From positions 4,397 through 60,495 of the forward strand of contig CAYQBY010000006.1 in assembly GCA_964415865.1 (NCBI GenBank): 56,099 nt of DNA, given 5' to 3'. Below are positions 19,538 through 28,701 of the stretch, piece after piece. The stretch is from an uncultured Piscirickettsiaceae bacterium. Lineage in GTDB: Bacteria > Pseudomonadota > Gammaproteobacteria > GCF-002020875. The translations under genes and the position numbers were made by a program. The notes beneath the pieces are model-generated. The model worked only from the letters and a program-made list of their open reading frames with translations. It made no database searches and had not been told where the DNA came from. Every line of letters begins with the position of its first letter. Within the stretch, counting starts at the first letter, position 1.

Positions 19538-19893
19538 TAAAGCTGCTCACCACGCTCTATTATTACCCCAACATCCCTGGATCCGGTAACAGCACCAGGT
19601 TTGCTTACCCGAAGCCTGACTCCCGGCACATTAAACTCTGAGCGTACAATATCCGCTATTCTCTCAGCCATAGTCTCCACCAACTGAAAGCTGCTCTCCT
19701 CGACAAAGCTTATAATCCTTTTGGATACTGCTTTGTAGTCCAGCGTATGATCTATGGCATCACTCTCCGCAGCCCTGCGAATATCAGTACCCATCTCCAG
19801 ATCAATACTGACAGTCTGCTTTATCTCACGTTCCCAGTCATAGATTCCAATAACTGTTTTAATCTGTAGATCCTTGATATAGACGATATCCAT
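19537..19893 (-). CDS. folB: Dihydroneopterin aldolase
   Basis: IGIYDWER, LDY, LVETMAE, KPGAV..VGVIIER. Confidence 0.95.
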   Translation of the reverse strand: MDIVYIKDLQIKTVIGIYDWEREIKQTVSIDLEMGTDIRRAAESDAIDHTLDYKAVSKRIISFVEESSFQLVETMAERIADIVRSEFNVPGVRLRVSKPGAVTGSRDVGVIIERGEQL

Positions 19894-19959
19894 TACCCTG
19901 ATTTCTCTCCCTCTACGATGTTTGTAACCCTGTCCGGATTATCCCATAATTCCCCCATT

Positions 19960-20574
19960 ATGAATGAATTGACTGATATAGCACTTGTTGCGGCCTCATA
20001 CCTGATTGGCTCACTCTCTGCCGCAATCCTGATCTGTCGTCTGCTTGGGCTACCGGACCCAAGATCAGAAGGCTCTAAAAATCCAGGGGCAACCAATGTC
20101 CTCCGTCTTGGTGGAAAAAAAGCGGCAATTCTTACGTTGTTTGGTGACATGCTAAAGGGGCTTATTCCAGTAGCTGTTGCTGTCCAGCTTGGAGTAAATG
20201 AGGTCACACTATCTCTCACTCTACTGGCCGTATTTCTTGGTCATCTATATCCCATCTTCTTTGGATTCAAAGGGGGCAAAGGGGTAGCCACCGCACTTGG
20301 AGCCCTGATTGGTCTGCATTGGAGCATTGGGCTGGCCACTATCACTACATGGATGCTGATGGCCGCAATCTTCCGCTACTCATCACTATCAGCACTAACT
20401 GCCATACTGCTGGCCCCTGCATATGTCTGGTATCTGTTTCCAGAGCCCAATAGTGCAACCCTAACTGCCACCATGGCTGCCGTTACTGCTCTCCTCTACT
20501 GGCGACACCGTAGCAACATCCAAAACCTAATCTCCGGCAAAGAGGACAAGATTGGGTCAAAAAAATCTAACTGA
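19960..20574 (+). CDS. plsY: Glycerol-3-phosphate acyltransferase
   Basis: [33 protein letters not shown]; divergent from folB. Confidence 0.95.
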   Translation: MNELTDIALVAASYLIGSLSAAILICRLLGLPDPRSEGSKNPGATNVLRLGGKKAAILTLFGDMLKGLIPVAVAVQLGVNEVTLSLTLLAVFLGHLYPIFFGFKGGKGVATALGALIGLHWSIGLATITTWMLMAAIFRYSSLSALTAILLAPAYVWYLFPEPNSATLTATMAAVTALLYWRHRSNIQNLISGKEDKIGSKKSN

Positions 20575-21583
20575 CTGCGATTAATTCCGACAGAGGCCAA
20601 CGTGCCCTGGTCTCAATAGCAAGCGAGCTATGCTCTCCAGCCTGCAGACGCAACGCCCCAGCAAACGCAATCATCGCGCCATTATCGGTGCAGAAATCCA
20701 AGCGTGGAAAGAATGCGTTACCCCCCTCTTTCTGCGCAATTTCTGACAGGCGAAGACGGATGCTTCGGTTTGCGCTGACTCCTCCAGCAACCACCAACCT
20801 ATTCAGGCTACTCTCTCTTAGTGCACGCCTGCACTTGATTGCCAATGTGTCAGCAACCGCATCCTCAAATGCGCGTGCTACATCAGCACCAATTGCTGGA
20901 TCCTCCAGATTAGTCTGTAATGTGTTGCGGGCAAAAGTCTTGAGCCCGCTAAAACTGAAATCCAGCCCAGGACGATCAACCATGGGTCGAGGAAAATTAA
21001 AGCGCTCAGGATTGCCCTGCTCTGCCAATTTTGAGAGAGCTGGCCCTCCCGGATAACCGAGCCCCAACAGTTTGGCTGTCTTGTCAAAGGCCTCTCCAGC
21101 CGCATCATCAATTGACTCCCCCAACAGCTGGTATTGGCCCACTCCATCTACCCGAATCAACTGGGTGTGCCCACCAGAGACCAGAAGCGCAATAAATGGA
21201 AAGTCCGGTCTGTTATCTTCCAGTAGCGGGGCCAACAGGTGCCCCTCCATATGGTGCACCTCAACCGCAGGAACTCCCCAAGAGTATGCAAGGCTTCTCC
21301 CTACGCATGCTCCAACCATCAATGCGCCCATTAACCCAGGGCCCGCAGTATAAGCAACACCGCCTATCTGCTCTGACGTGATTCCAGTCTCATTGAGCAA
21401 CTGGTCAATTAATGGAATTACCCGTTGAATATGGTCACGTGAGGCAAGCTCTGGAACCACCCCTCCATACTGTGCATGCATCTCGGCTTGACTGTAGAGA
21501 ATATCTCCACGCAGCCCAACATCAGTTTCATAGAGAGCTATCCCGGTCTCATCACAGGAGCTTTCGATTCCCAGAATTATCAT
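20567..21583 (-). CDS. tsaD: tRNA N6-threonylcarbamoyladenosine synthesis protein TsaD
   Basis: [49 protein letters not shown]. Confidence 0.97.
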   Translation of the reverse strand: MIILGIESSCDETGIALYETDVGLRGDILYSQAEMHAQYGGVVPELASRDHIQRVIPLIDQLLNETGITSEQIGGVAYTAGPGLMGALMVGACVGRSLAYSWGVPAVEVHHMEGHLLAPLLEDNRPDFPFIALLVSGGHTQLIRVDGVGQYQLLGESIDDAAGEAFDKTAKLLGLGYPGGPALSKLAEQGNPERFNFPRPMVDRPGLDFSFSGLKTFARNTLQTNLEDPAIGADVARAFEDAVADTLAIKCRRALRESSLNRLVVAGGVSANRSIRLRLSEIAQKEGGNAFFPRLDFCTDNGAMIAFAGALRLQAGEHSSLAIETRARWPLSELIAVS

Positions 21584-21631
21584 AGATATATATCAAATAG
21601 AGTTTGAATCAACTATTTAGTGCTACAAACC

Positions 21632-23173
21632 CTAGTCAGCCAGATATTGCCTATTAAGCTGATTGTCTCCCTTCAGGGCTGCCATGGCCTGCTCTCGCTC
21701 CTCCCCATAGAGCCTTCCCAGCAGGTGTTCTGCCTCTTTGGTATTTATGGTGCCATCAAGCATTCCATGATCGGCTATCAATACTATTAGAGCTTTTCTA
21801 TTAGCTGAGCGCTCAAACAGCGACACCATTGATGGTACACCCATTGGCATCCCCAGATAATTTCTTGTCTGCCCGTTCTCTCCCATAAGCGCCCTGAGTG
21901 TGCTGTAACGATCCATACCAACCATATCTCCCAACAAGGCTGTTGCAGCCTCAACTCCCAATCTGTTTTCAATAAGGCCGCGATCAACCATAAATCCAAT
22001 CAGCTCATTCCTGTAAGCCGCCTTATTCATCAATTGCACTGCTCCTTGGGCAGTAACTGGAGATGTGATGTAACTTTTCCCCAGCTCGTTATTTCCCAAC
22101 AGGGAGATAACGGCATCGTGTCTATCTGCGCGGGTGGTTCCCTCCAGCAGAGTAATAGCATCAGCTACAGAGATACCATCAATAATGACCCCTTGGTCCG
22201 CCATCAATCCAATCATCTCATCACGGTATGCTATCTCACCAAGAAGCGCGTAAATCTCGTTTACATCGAGAGGCGCTTGCAGATACTCTCTCTGCTGTTG
22301 ATTGAATCCCAGTAGTGATTTCAGGGTCTCGAAACGGTCTGTATGCTCAACTCCCTCCAGCATCTTTGTTGTCTCAACAGCTGTTAATTTGTTGGCAAAA
22401 ACCCCTCTATCTGAGAAATAGTTAATCAGTTCAGACCTCAGTGCCACACTCTCAAGCAGACGCTCTACCTCGGCAAAGCCAAGAGGAAGATTCAGATAAT
22501 CCCGCTTCTGCTGATTGGAGCCCAACAGCGCCTTGACAGAATCATGACGATCCATGCCGCTCTGGACCCGCATCATCTTCTCTGCACCATCGACAGAAAA
22601 ATCTCCCACAAGAATTGCTCTATCTGCCATATAGCGAATCATGCCTGCACGATTTGCACTTCTGGAGAGTAATACATCTACCTGATCAACTCCCAGGGTG
22701 GATGCTGCATAGCTTTTTTCCCCCCGATTGGAACCCAGAAGCGCCTTTAGAGAACGATCATAATCATCTGCACCCATCTCACCAATCAGTGACTGCATCT
22801 CTGCCACACTGAAGTTTCCTGCAGGAATCTCAGAATCAGCCATATGGGCAAGCAGATCACTACGCTGTTCGCCAACATTCTCCAGAATCGCACTGATCTG
22901 CTGTACATTCAGGAAACCAGGGAACATGCTTCTTTTATAGCGGTTGGCTCCCAACAGTGATTTTGCGGCATAGTATCTATCAGTCCCTGTTAGCCCCTGT
23001 AATAGCTCAATACCTTTTTTAGCAGAAAACTGTCGCCCCTCCCAGCCAGTGTCCGCCATCTTGGTAATAGCTACTCTTTTGTCATAGCCACTCTTCCCCT
23101 GCAGTTCGGTTGCAGAATCTGCAACTGCAACAACTGAAAAAGCCAACAATGTTAACGAGATAATTTTAATCAC
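21632..23173 (-). CDS. Secreted hypothetical protein made of ~71-aa tandem repeats
   Basis: GTG start with SD AAGGGAG, signal peptide, recurring MAD..DR..LLGxN..Y pattern. Confidence 0.85.
   Translation of the reverse strand: MIKIISLTLLAFSVVAVADSATELQGKSGYDKRVAITKMADTGWEGRQFSAKKGIELLQGLTGTDRYYAAKSLLGANRYKRSMFPGFLNVQQISAILENVGEQRSDLLAHMADSEIPAGNFSVAEMQSLIGEMGADDYDRSLKALLGSNRGEKSYAASTLGVDQVDVLLSRSANRAGMIRYMADRAILVGDFSVDGAEKMMRVQSGMDRHDSVKALLGSNQQKRDYLNLPLGFAEVERLLESVALRSELINYFSDRGVFANKLTAVETTKMLEGVEHTDRFETLKSLLGFNQQQREYLQAPLDVNEIYALLGEIAYRDEMIGLMADQGVIIDGISVADAITLLEGTTRADRHDAVISLLGNNELGKSYITSPVTAQGAVQLMNKAAYRNELIGFMVDRGLIENRLGVEAATALLGDMVGMDRYSTLRALMGENGQTRNYLGMPMGVPSMVSLFERSANRKALIVLIADHGMLDGTINTKEAEHLLGRLYGEEREQAMAALKGDNQLNRQYLAD
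21635..23059 (-). repeat. Protein-level tandem repeat: 72+71x5+48 aa (about 213-bp period, diverged at DNA level)
   Basis: Units start MADTG, MADSE, MADRA, FSDRG, MADQG, MVDRG, IADHG; each has DR/ER-like..(L/M)GxN..Y. Confidence 0.9.
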
Positions 23174-23314
23174 AGGAAACTCCCTTGTTTCTTTGAGTTA
23201 TCTTTTTGGTTTGTCATGTATCCAATAGTCTAGTCCAAGACCCCGTGGAGCACCAGACCATCACACAGTTCCGATATCATAACCCCAATGTAGACACACC
23301 TAAACACACAATGG

Positions 23315-23333
23315 AATTAAGTTTTACTTAATT
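23315..23333. promoter_or_regulatory. Palindromic operator candidate between divergent repeat-protein and XRE genes
   Basis: AATTAAGT-TTT-ACTTAATT perfect inverted repeat. Confidence 0.55.
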
Positions 23334-23401
23334 GTTTTTACTTGTCATTACACATAAAGTGCCTACATCCTACATATACGGGGAAAGGGGACCTTGCAGT
23401 A

Positions 23402-23737
23402 ATGGATGACCAGAAGATAGTGTTCGGCGATCGTCTTAAACAGGCCAGACAGCAGTTAAGGCTCTCCCAGAAACAGTTGGGGCTGGAGATTGGCATTGAC
23501 CCGGCAACCGCCAGCCCGCGTATCAACCAATACGAAAACAACCGTCATCGCCCTAGCGACCAGACAATTGCAAAGCTATCTGCGGTTCTCAAGGTACCCG
23601 TTGCTTTCTTCTATGCGGAGGATAACGATCTTGCCCAGCTTATTCTTCTCTGTGTACAGCTCGACAAGAAGCAGCAAAAGGTGCTTGCTCGTTATATTGA
23701 AGAGAAATACAACATCAAGTGCTGCATAACGGTTTGA
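23402..23737 (+). CDS. XRE-family HTH transcriptional regulator
   Basis: RLKQARQQLRLSQKQLG..ASPRINQYENNRHRP..LKVPVAFFY; ATG 23402 preferred over TTG 23342. Confidence 0.9.
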   Translation: MDDQKIVFGDRLKQARQQLRLSQKQLGLEIGIDPATASPRINQYENNRHRPSDQTIAKLSAVLKVPVAFFYAEDNDLAQLILLCVQLDKKQQKVLARYIEEKYNIKCCITV

Positions 23738-23763
23738 TGACAGGCCATAGTATTGCGCACAGT

Positions 23764-23787
23764 CCAGTAATTCGATATAGTTACTGG
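23764..23787. promoter_or_regulatory. Inverted repeat upstream of the ArsR gene (operator candidate)
   Basis: CCAGTAA-N10-TTACTGG. Confidence 0.4.
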
Positions 23788-23812
23788 TGATTTCATTATG
23801 GAGGAGGAACTA

Positions 23813-24157
23813 ATGGAAAAGGAATTTGAGTTACCACATGATCAGGGTGAGATCCGGCAGATCTCATCTGCGCTGCAGGCAATAAGCCACCCCACACGAC
23901 TAAAAATTCTCTGTTTTCTTGGGGATCAGGAGAAGATCGTCAATGAGATCCTGGAACATGCCGGCAGCACCCAGAGCAACATATCTCAGCATCTGGATGT
24001 GTTGCGGAAAGCAGGAGTCATTCAATCAAGACGCGTCCACAACAAAGTCTACTGCTCAGTCCAAACCGAGGATATGCAGCCGTTGATTGTTAAGATCAAG
24101 GAGCTGTTCTGTTCGCATAACACGGCTGAACAGAATGTCTTTAACCTGATTCAGTAA
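23813..24157 (+). CDS. ArsR/SmtB family regulator, BigR/SqrR/YgaV-like
   Basis: HPTRLKILC, SQHLDVLR, C-terminal LFC; SD GGAGGAGG before ATG 23813. Confidence 0.88.
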   Translation: MEKEFELPHDQGEIRQISSALQAISHPTRLKILCFLGDQEKIVNEILEHAGSTQSNISQHLDVLRKAGVIQSRRVHNKVYCSVQTEDMQPLIVKIKELFCSHNTAEQNVFNLIQ

Positions 24158-24202
24158 AAACTATAATGTATGACAGTTACTGGATAACTTACCCGTAGCC
24201 CT

Positions 24203-24808
24203 CTAGCGTTTCTGCCACTCCCCGAGGAAAAAATTCCTTAACCATACACCCAGCTCTCCAAGTAGCCCTGATGTGGGGGTGACAGCTGGCTGCTGCTCAA
24301 ACTGGGGCTGTTCGGCCCTCTGCTGACGATAGGCCCTCCAACCCTGATCAGCCACCTCGGTAACTGGAACCGCCTCCTCCACCGATTCCTCATCACCTGC
24401 CCAAGGCGTTTCCTGGGGCTGCGGCGCTACTGGTCTGTTCTGTGGTTGTGTAGAGCCCTGCACGGTCTGATACTCCAATAGACGCAATAGTCTACGATTA
24501 TCCTCCCGTATATCATCAAGCTCAGATTTCAGATCATGGATCATCCCCCTAAGATCGGTCAGCTCTCTAGCGGTAACATAGGGGTCGCCTCCTGATGATG
24601 GGCTTGAGGGAATATCCTCTGGCTCAGCAAGAGTTGGAGAGTCGCTGAAGTTTATATCGTCAAATACACGCAGGAGTTCGGAGGTCTCTACTCGCCGTTT
24701 CCCATCCTTTCCCACTATGTAGGCCAGATCACCTCGGCTAAACATGCGGTAGATGCTGGAGCGACTTTTACCAGTTAACTCGCAAACTTCCTTAATATTA
24801 TGAAGCAT
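24203..24808 (-). CDS. HTH DNA-binding protein (excisionase/AlpA-like N-terminus) with coiled coil and disordered tail
   Basis: IKEVCELTGKSRSSIYR..G.L....DGKRRVETSELLRVF, then heptad-rich segment; SD AGGA before ATG 24808. Confidence 0.75.
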   Translation of the reverse strand: MLHNIKEVCELTGKSRSSIYRMFSRGDLAYIVGKDGKRRVETSELLRVFDDINFSDSPTLAEPEDIPSSPSSGGDPYVTARELTDLRGMIHDLKSELDDIREDNRRLLRLLEYQTVQGSTQPQNRPVAPQPQETPWAGDEESVEEAVPVTEVADQGWRAYRQQRAEQPQFEQQPAVTPTSGLLGELGVWLRNFFLGEWQKR

Positions 24809-24834
24809 CCTGTATTCCTGCCTGCTCAATAAGA

Positions 24835-24860
24835 TGAGTCACATGATACACTCTGAGACA
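24835..24860. repeat. Three near-phased heptamer direct repeats upstream of the HTH gene
   Basis: TGAGTCA (24835), TGATACA (24844), TGAGACA (24854). Confidence 0.55.
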
Positions 24861-24891
24861 ATTATTGTCCTCTCCATATCACTATTTATTC

Positions 24892-25461
24892 TCAGGCACG
24901 AATTACTGCGTCAGAATATAAGTCACGAATCTCACTCGGCATTGAAACGCCTCCTGTGTCGCCAGTAATCACCGTATCTAATTGATTTCCAAAAGCCTGT
25001 CTCACTGAGACGCTATTTCGACACACTGGGTGTCCGCTATAGTTTGCGCTGGTAGAGACTAGTGCAGAGTTGACACTGTTACATAGTTGCACCACTGGAT
25101 CGAAGTCTGTAATTCTCACCGCCACACCCCGATGGTCTCCTCTTATCCACCATGGTGTCTCCTCTGACACAGGAACAATCCAGGTAATCGGCCTCTTCCC
25201 TGATGACCTAAGTTTTTTCCAATCCGACTCTTTTCTTAATGAGACAAATGGAGTCAGCTGGTCTCTGCATGATGCTATGAGGATCAATCCCTTTGATGGA
25301 TTGCGCTGCTTTATCGTTAACAGATCAGATACAGCATCCAGGTTCCATGGATCACACCCCAGTCCGTAGACTGACTCGGTTGGATAGGCGAACACTCCTC
25401 CCGCATAAAACAGATGTGAGAACTGTCGTAATTTCCATGGAGAGTAGTGGAGGCCAGACAT
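24892..25461 (-). CDS. tsaC: L-threonylcarbamoyladenylate synthase (YrdC/Sua5)
   Basis: AYPTESVYGLGCDP, KQR..KGLIL, AVRIT, STSAN. Confidence 0.93.
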   Translation of the reverse strand: MSGLHYSPWKLRQFSHLFYAGGVFAYPTESVYGLGCDPWNLDAVSDLLTIKQRNPSKGLILIASCRDQLTPFVSLRKESDWKKLRSSGKRPITWIVPVSEETPWWIRGDHRGVAVRITDFDPVVQLCNSVNSALVSTSANYSGHPVCRNSVSVRQAFGNQLDTVITGDTGGVSMPSEIRDLYSDAVIRA

Positions 25462-25527
25462 AACAGCACTACACGATAACATCCACCGTTAACCCAATCC
25501 ATTCCAATCGCATATACTCTTCTTTCT

Positions 25528-27063
25528 ATGTCAGTTATATTTTTTTCACTATTCAGATCAGAGTATCGAAACATTGCCGGAAGAGGAGCATTCATGCTTC
25601 TCTTCATTATGTTATCCAGCACCTGCGTAGTAGCTGAATCAGGCAGTGTAACCCTCCAGCAGATACTACTTACTGATCCGTCCACTATTGAGAAAAGTGC
25701 CGAAACACCAAACAGGGATCATGTTGCTACCATACTGTTCCGATTTAATCAGGTTGCCCCACCTCCACGAATCTTCTCGGCTCACAACCCCGAGCTACTG
25801 GTGATCGATTTCCCTGGTATTCGCTCTGAGGTTGGTTCTCTGCCAGAGGCACTGCCACAACCTCTACAAAAAATTCAGTTGGCCACCAACAGTGAAAAAA
25901 CCAGGGTCGTGCTACCTACACCAACCCCTCTCTTCTACAGTATGCAGTATGAGGCTCATACGCTACGGCTCTCGCTGTATAAACAGAAGAGCTCCACTAC
26001 CACACCAAAACCAGACAAAAATAAGAGTGCCGCCCCAGTTATCAGTAAACCCAAGCCCCCACGTAAACCACCAGCTGCAAGGTTGAAAACCGAGATTATC
26101 CATCTGCACTACTCACGAGCAGCTGATCTGAAAAAAACCCTGGAGAGCGGACAACAAAATCCTCTACTCTCCAAGGATGGTGTGCTTGGCGTTGATGAGC
26201 GGACAAACTCACTGCTAATTAGGGACAATAGTGAAAATCTGAGACAAATTCGTAAACTTATCAAAAAGCTCGACACCCCATCCAAACAGGTATTGATTGA
26301 GTCACGAATTGTCATTGCTGCTAATGATTTCAGCCACGAACTGGGGGCACGTCTGGGACTGACTCATCTTGAGTCTGCCCAAAATCAATGGGGATTTTCA
26401 TTATCAGGCAGTAGCGCGGCTGCCGACAGTGCTCTCTCAGGCACAACCCCTGGCGTAACAGGGGACACCAGTCGACTTGCTGTTAATCTACCTGCAACCA
26501 ACCCAACCGGTCGGATTGGCCTGACCCTGGCAAAACTGGCAACAGGTAGCCTGATTGATCTGGAGCTCTCTGCCGCACAGATAGAGGGGAAAACAGAGAT
26601 TATCGCCAGCCCACGTATCATAACCTCTGACGGATATGAGGCCACCATCCAGCAAGGCGTACAGATTCCATACCGTTCAGATACCCTGAGTGGAGGCACC
26701 GATATCAGCTTCAAGGATGCGGTCATGGAGCTGCGGGTTACCCCGCAAATCACTCCAGACCACCGAATTATCCTTACGCTATTGGTTAAAAAAGATGCAG
26801 TTGGTGCTATCCTCTGCAGCGGATGTGAGCCCAGTGTCGATACCCGAGAGGTCAGAACACGGGTAATGATGGAGAATGGTGAGACCCTGGTTATTGGTGG
26901 CATCTATGAAGAGAGGCAGTCCCGTACTGAAAATCGGGTCCCTTTTCTTGCTGATATCCCAATACTCGGCCCCCTATTTCAGAGCAAAAGTAAAACTGAT
27001 GGTAAAGATGAGCTCCTGATTTTTATCACCCCTTCCATACTTCCTGATCAAAACAGTGATTAA
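25528..27063 (+). CDS. pilQ: Type IV pilus / competence secretin PilQ
   Basis: DERTNSLLIRD, QVLIESRIV, IIASPRI, GETLVIGGIYE, VPFLADIPILGPLF, ELLIFITP; upstream of aroK; start uncertain (25528, 25594 or 25609). Confidence 0.88.
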   Translation: MSVIFFSLFRSEYRNIAGRGAFMLLFIMLSSTCVVAESGSVTLQQILLTDPSTIEKSAETPNRDHVATILFRFNQVAPPPRIFSAHNPELLVIDFPGIRSEVGSLPEALPQPLQKIQLATNSEKTRVVLPTPTPLFYSMQYEAHTLRLSLYKQKSSTTTPKPDKNKSAAPVISKPKPPRKPPAARLKTEIIHLHYSRAADLKKTLESGQQNPLLSKDGVLGVDERTNSLLIRDNSENLRQIRKLIKKLDTPSKQVLIESRIVIAANDFSHELGARLGLTHLESAQNQWGFSLSGSSAAADSALSGTTPGVTGDTSRLAVNLPATNPTGRIGLTLAKLATGSLIDLELSAAQIEGKTEIIASPRIITSDGYEATIQQGVQIPYRSDTLSGGTDISFKDAVMELRVTPQITPDHRIILTLLVKKDAVGAILCSGCEPSVDTREVRTRVMMENGETLVIGGIYEERQSRTENRVPFLADIPILGPLFQSKSKTDGKDELLIFITPSILPDQNSD

Positions 27064-27086
27064 CAGAACAATATAGAGCCAAAATT

Positions 27087-27608
27087 TTGAGTCGAACAAC
27101 AAAAAATATCTTTCTGGTCGGGTTGATGGGGGCTGGCAAAACCACCATTGGTAAACGTCTGGCTGAATCCATGGGCAAACAGTTTATCGATAGTGATCAT
27201 GAGATAGAGAAACGTACCGGTGTCAATATCCCAACAATCTTTGACATAGAGGGAGAAGAGGGATTTCGTAATCGTGAAAGTACTATTCTCGATGAGTTGA
27301 CCCAGAAAAAAGGGGTTATTCTGGCAACGGGTGGTGGAGCTGTTTTGCGCCCTGAAAATCGCAAATATCTGGCTGCTCGTGGCATGGTGATATATCTGAG
27401 TGCTTCTGTGGAACAACTTTATAAACGAACCCGAATGGATCGTAACCGACCACTCTTGCAAACCGGCAATCCAAAAAAGAAGTTGCAGTCTCTATTTGAG
27501 GAGCGTGATCCACTCTACCGTGAGATTGCGGACCTCGTTGCAGAGACCGATGATCGCTCCATACAGCAGGCCCTGCCTGCACTAATTGAGAAAATCGAAA
27601 ATTTATGA
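27087..27608 (+). CDS. aroK: Shikimate kinase
   Basis: [25 protein letters not shown]; TTG start. Confidence 0.96.
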   Translation: MSRTTKNIFLVGLMGAGKTTIGKRLAESMGKQFIDSDHEIEKRTGVNIPTIFDIEGEEGFRNRESTILDELTQKKGVILATGGGAVLRPENRKYLAARGMVIYLSASVEQLYKRTRMDRNRPLLQTGNPKKKLQSLFEERDPLYREIADLVAETDDRSIQQALPALIEKIENL

Positions 27609-28690
27609 GCATGCTTGAAGTTGAATTAGGGGCAAGAAGCTACCCCATACATATTGGTCCTGATCTGCTTGGAGACCCGCAACTGGTTGCACCATATATA
27701 ACCGGAACCCAGGTGATGATTGTCACCAATGAGACCGTTGCCCCTCTCTATCTGCAGAAAACCAGTGAGGCCTTCTCAGCTTTTCAGGTTGAAAATGTCA
27801 TTCTTCCCGATGGGGAACAATATAAAAATCTGGAGGTATGGAATACCATTTTTGATGCGTTGCTTGGCGCACACTTTGACCGTAAGTGCACTCTGGTTGC
27901 ACTTGGAGGCGGAGTTGTAGGAGACATCACCGGCTATGCTGCTGCCAGCTATCAACGTGGCGTCAACTTCATTCAGATACCCACCACACTGCTGGCACAA
28001 GTAGATTCATCGGTAGGGGGAAAGACCGGGGTTAACCATCCTATGGGGAAAAATATGGTCGGAGCATTCCACCAGCCTCAGTGTGTGATTGCCGATACTA
28101 ACACTCTAAACACTCTGGATGACCGCCAACTCAGTGCAGGCATCGCTGAAATCATCAAGTATGGGCTGATCCGTGATCTGGAGTTCTTTCAGTGGCTGGA
28201 ACAGAATATGGGAAAACTGCTCAACAGAAACCCTGAAGCTCTGGGATATGCAATTCAACGCTCTTGCGAAAACAAGGCTGAGATCGTTGCTGCCGATGAG
28301 CTAGAGTCCGGACAACGTGCCCTGTTAAATTCCGGACACACTTTTGGTCACGCCATTGAGGCCGGCATGGGGTACGGAGCATGGCTGCACGGCGAGGCTA
28401 TTGCAGCCGGCATGGTAATGGCCGCAGATCTATCGGTGCGCATGGGATGGCTGGATGAAGAGGATCTTGCACGCCTGCGTAAACTCATCCATCAGGCCAA
28501 ACTGCCAGACCAGGGCCCTGCAGAGCTAACCACTGCACGCTACCTCGAATTGATGGCTGTAGATAAAAAGGCAGAGGCTGGAAAAATTCGCCTGGTTCTG
28601 CAGAAAAGTATTGGTCAGGCAGTCATTACTGAGCAGTTTTCGCAAGAAGATCTACTTGCAACCCTCGAGCAGTGTAGCTCCACTCACTAG
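27605..28690 (+). CDS. aroB: 3-dehydroquinate synthase
   Basis: [36 protein letters not shown]. Confidence 0.97.
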   Translation: MSMLEVELGARSYPIHIGPDLLGDPQLVAPYITGTQVMIVTNETVAPLYLQKTSEAFSAFQVENVILPDGEQYKNLEVWNTIFDALLGAHFDRKCTLVALGGGVVGDITGYAAASYQRGVNFIQIPTTLLAQVDSSVGGKTGVNHPMGKNMVGAFHQPQCVIADTNTLNTLDDRQLSAGIAEIIKYGLIRDLEFFQWLEQNMGKLLNRNPEALGYAIQRSCENKAEIVAADELESGQRALLNSGHTFGHAIEAGMGYGAWLHGEAIAAGMVMAADLSVRMGWLDEEDLARLRKLIHQAKLPDQGPAELTTARYLELMAVDKKAEAGKIRLVLQKSIGQAVITEQFSQEDLLATLEQCSSTH

Positions 28691-28701
28691 CATTTCAGTA
28701 C

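Noticed and set aside
24159-24178. LexA-box-like sequence CTAT-N8-ACAG
   Set aside because: One half-site mismatched and located between convergent gene ends, not in a promoter
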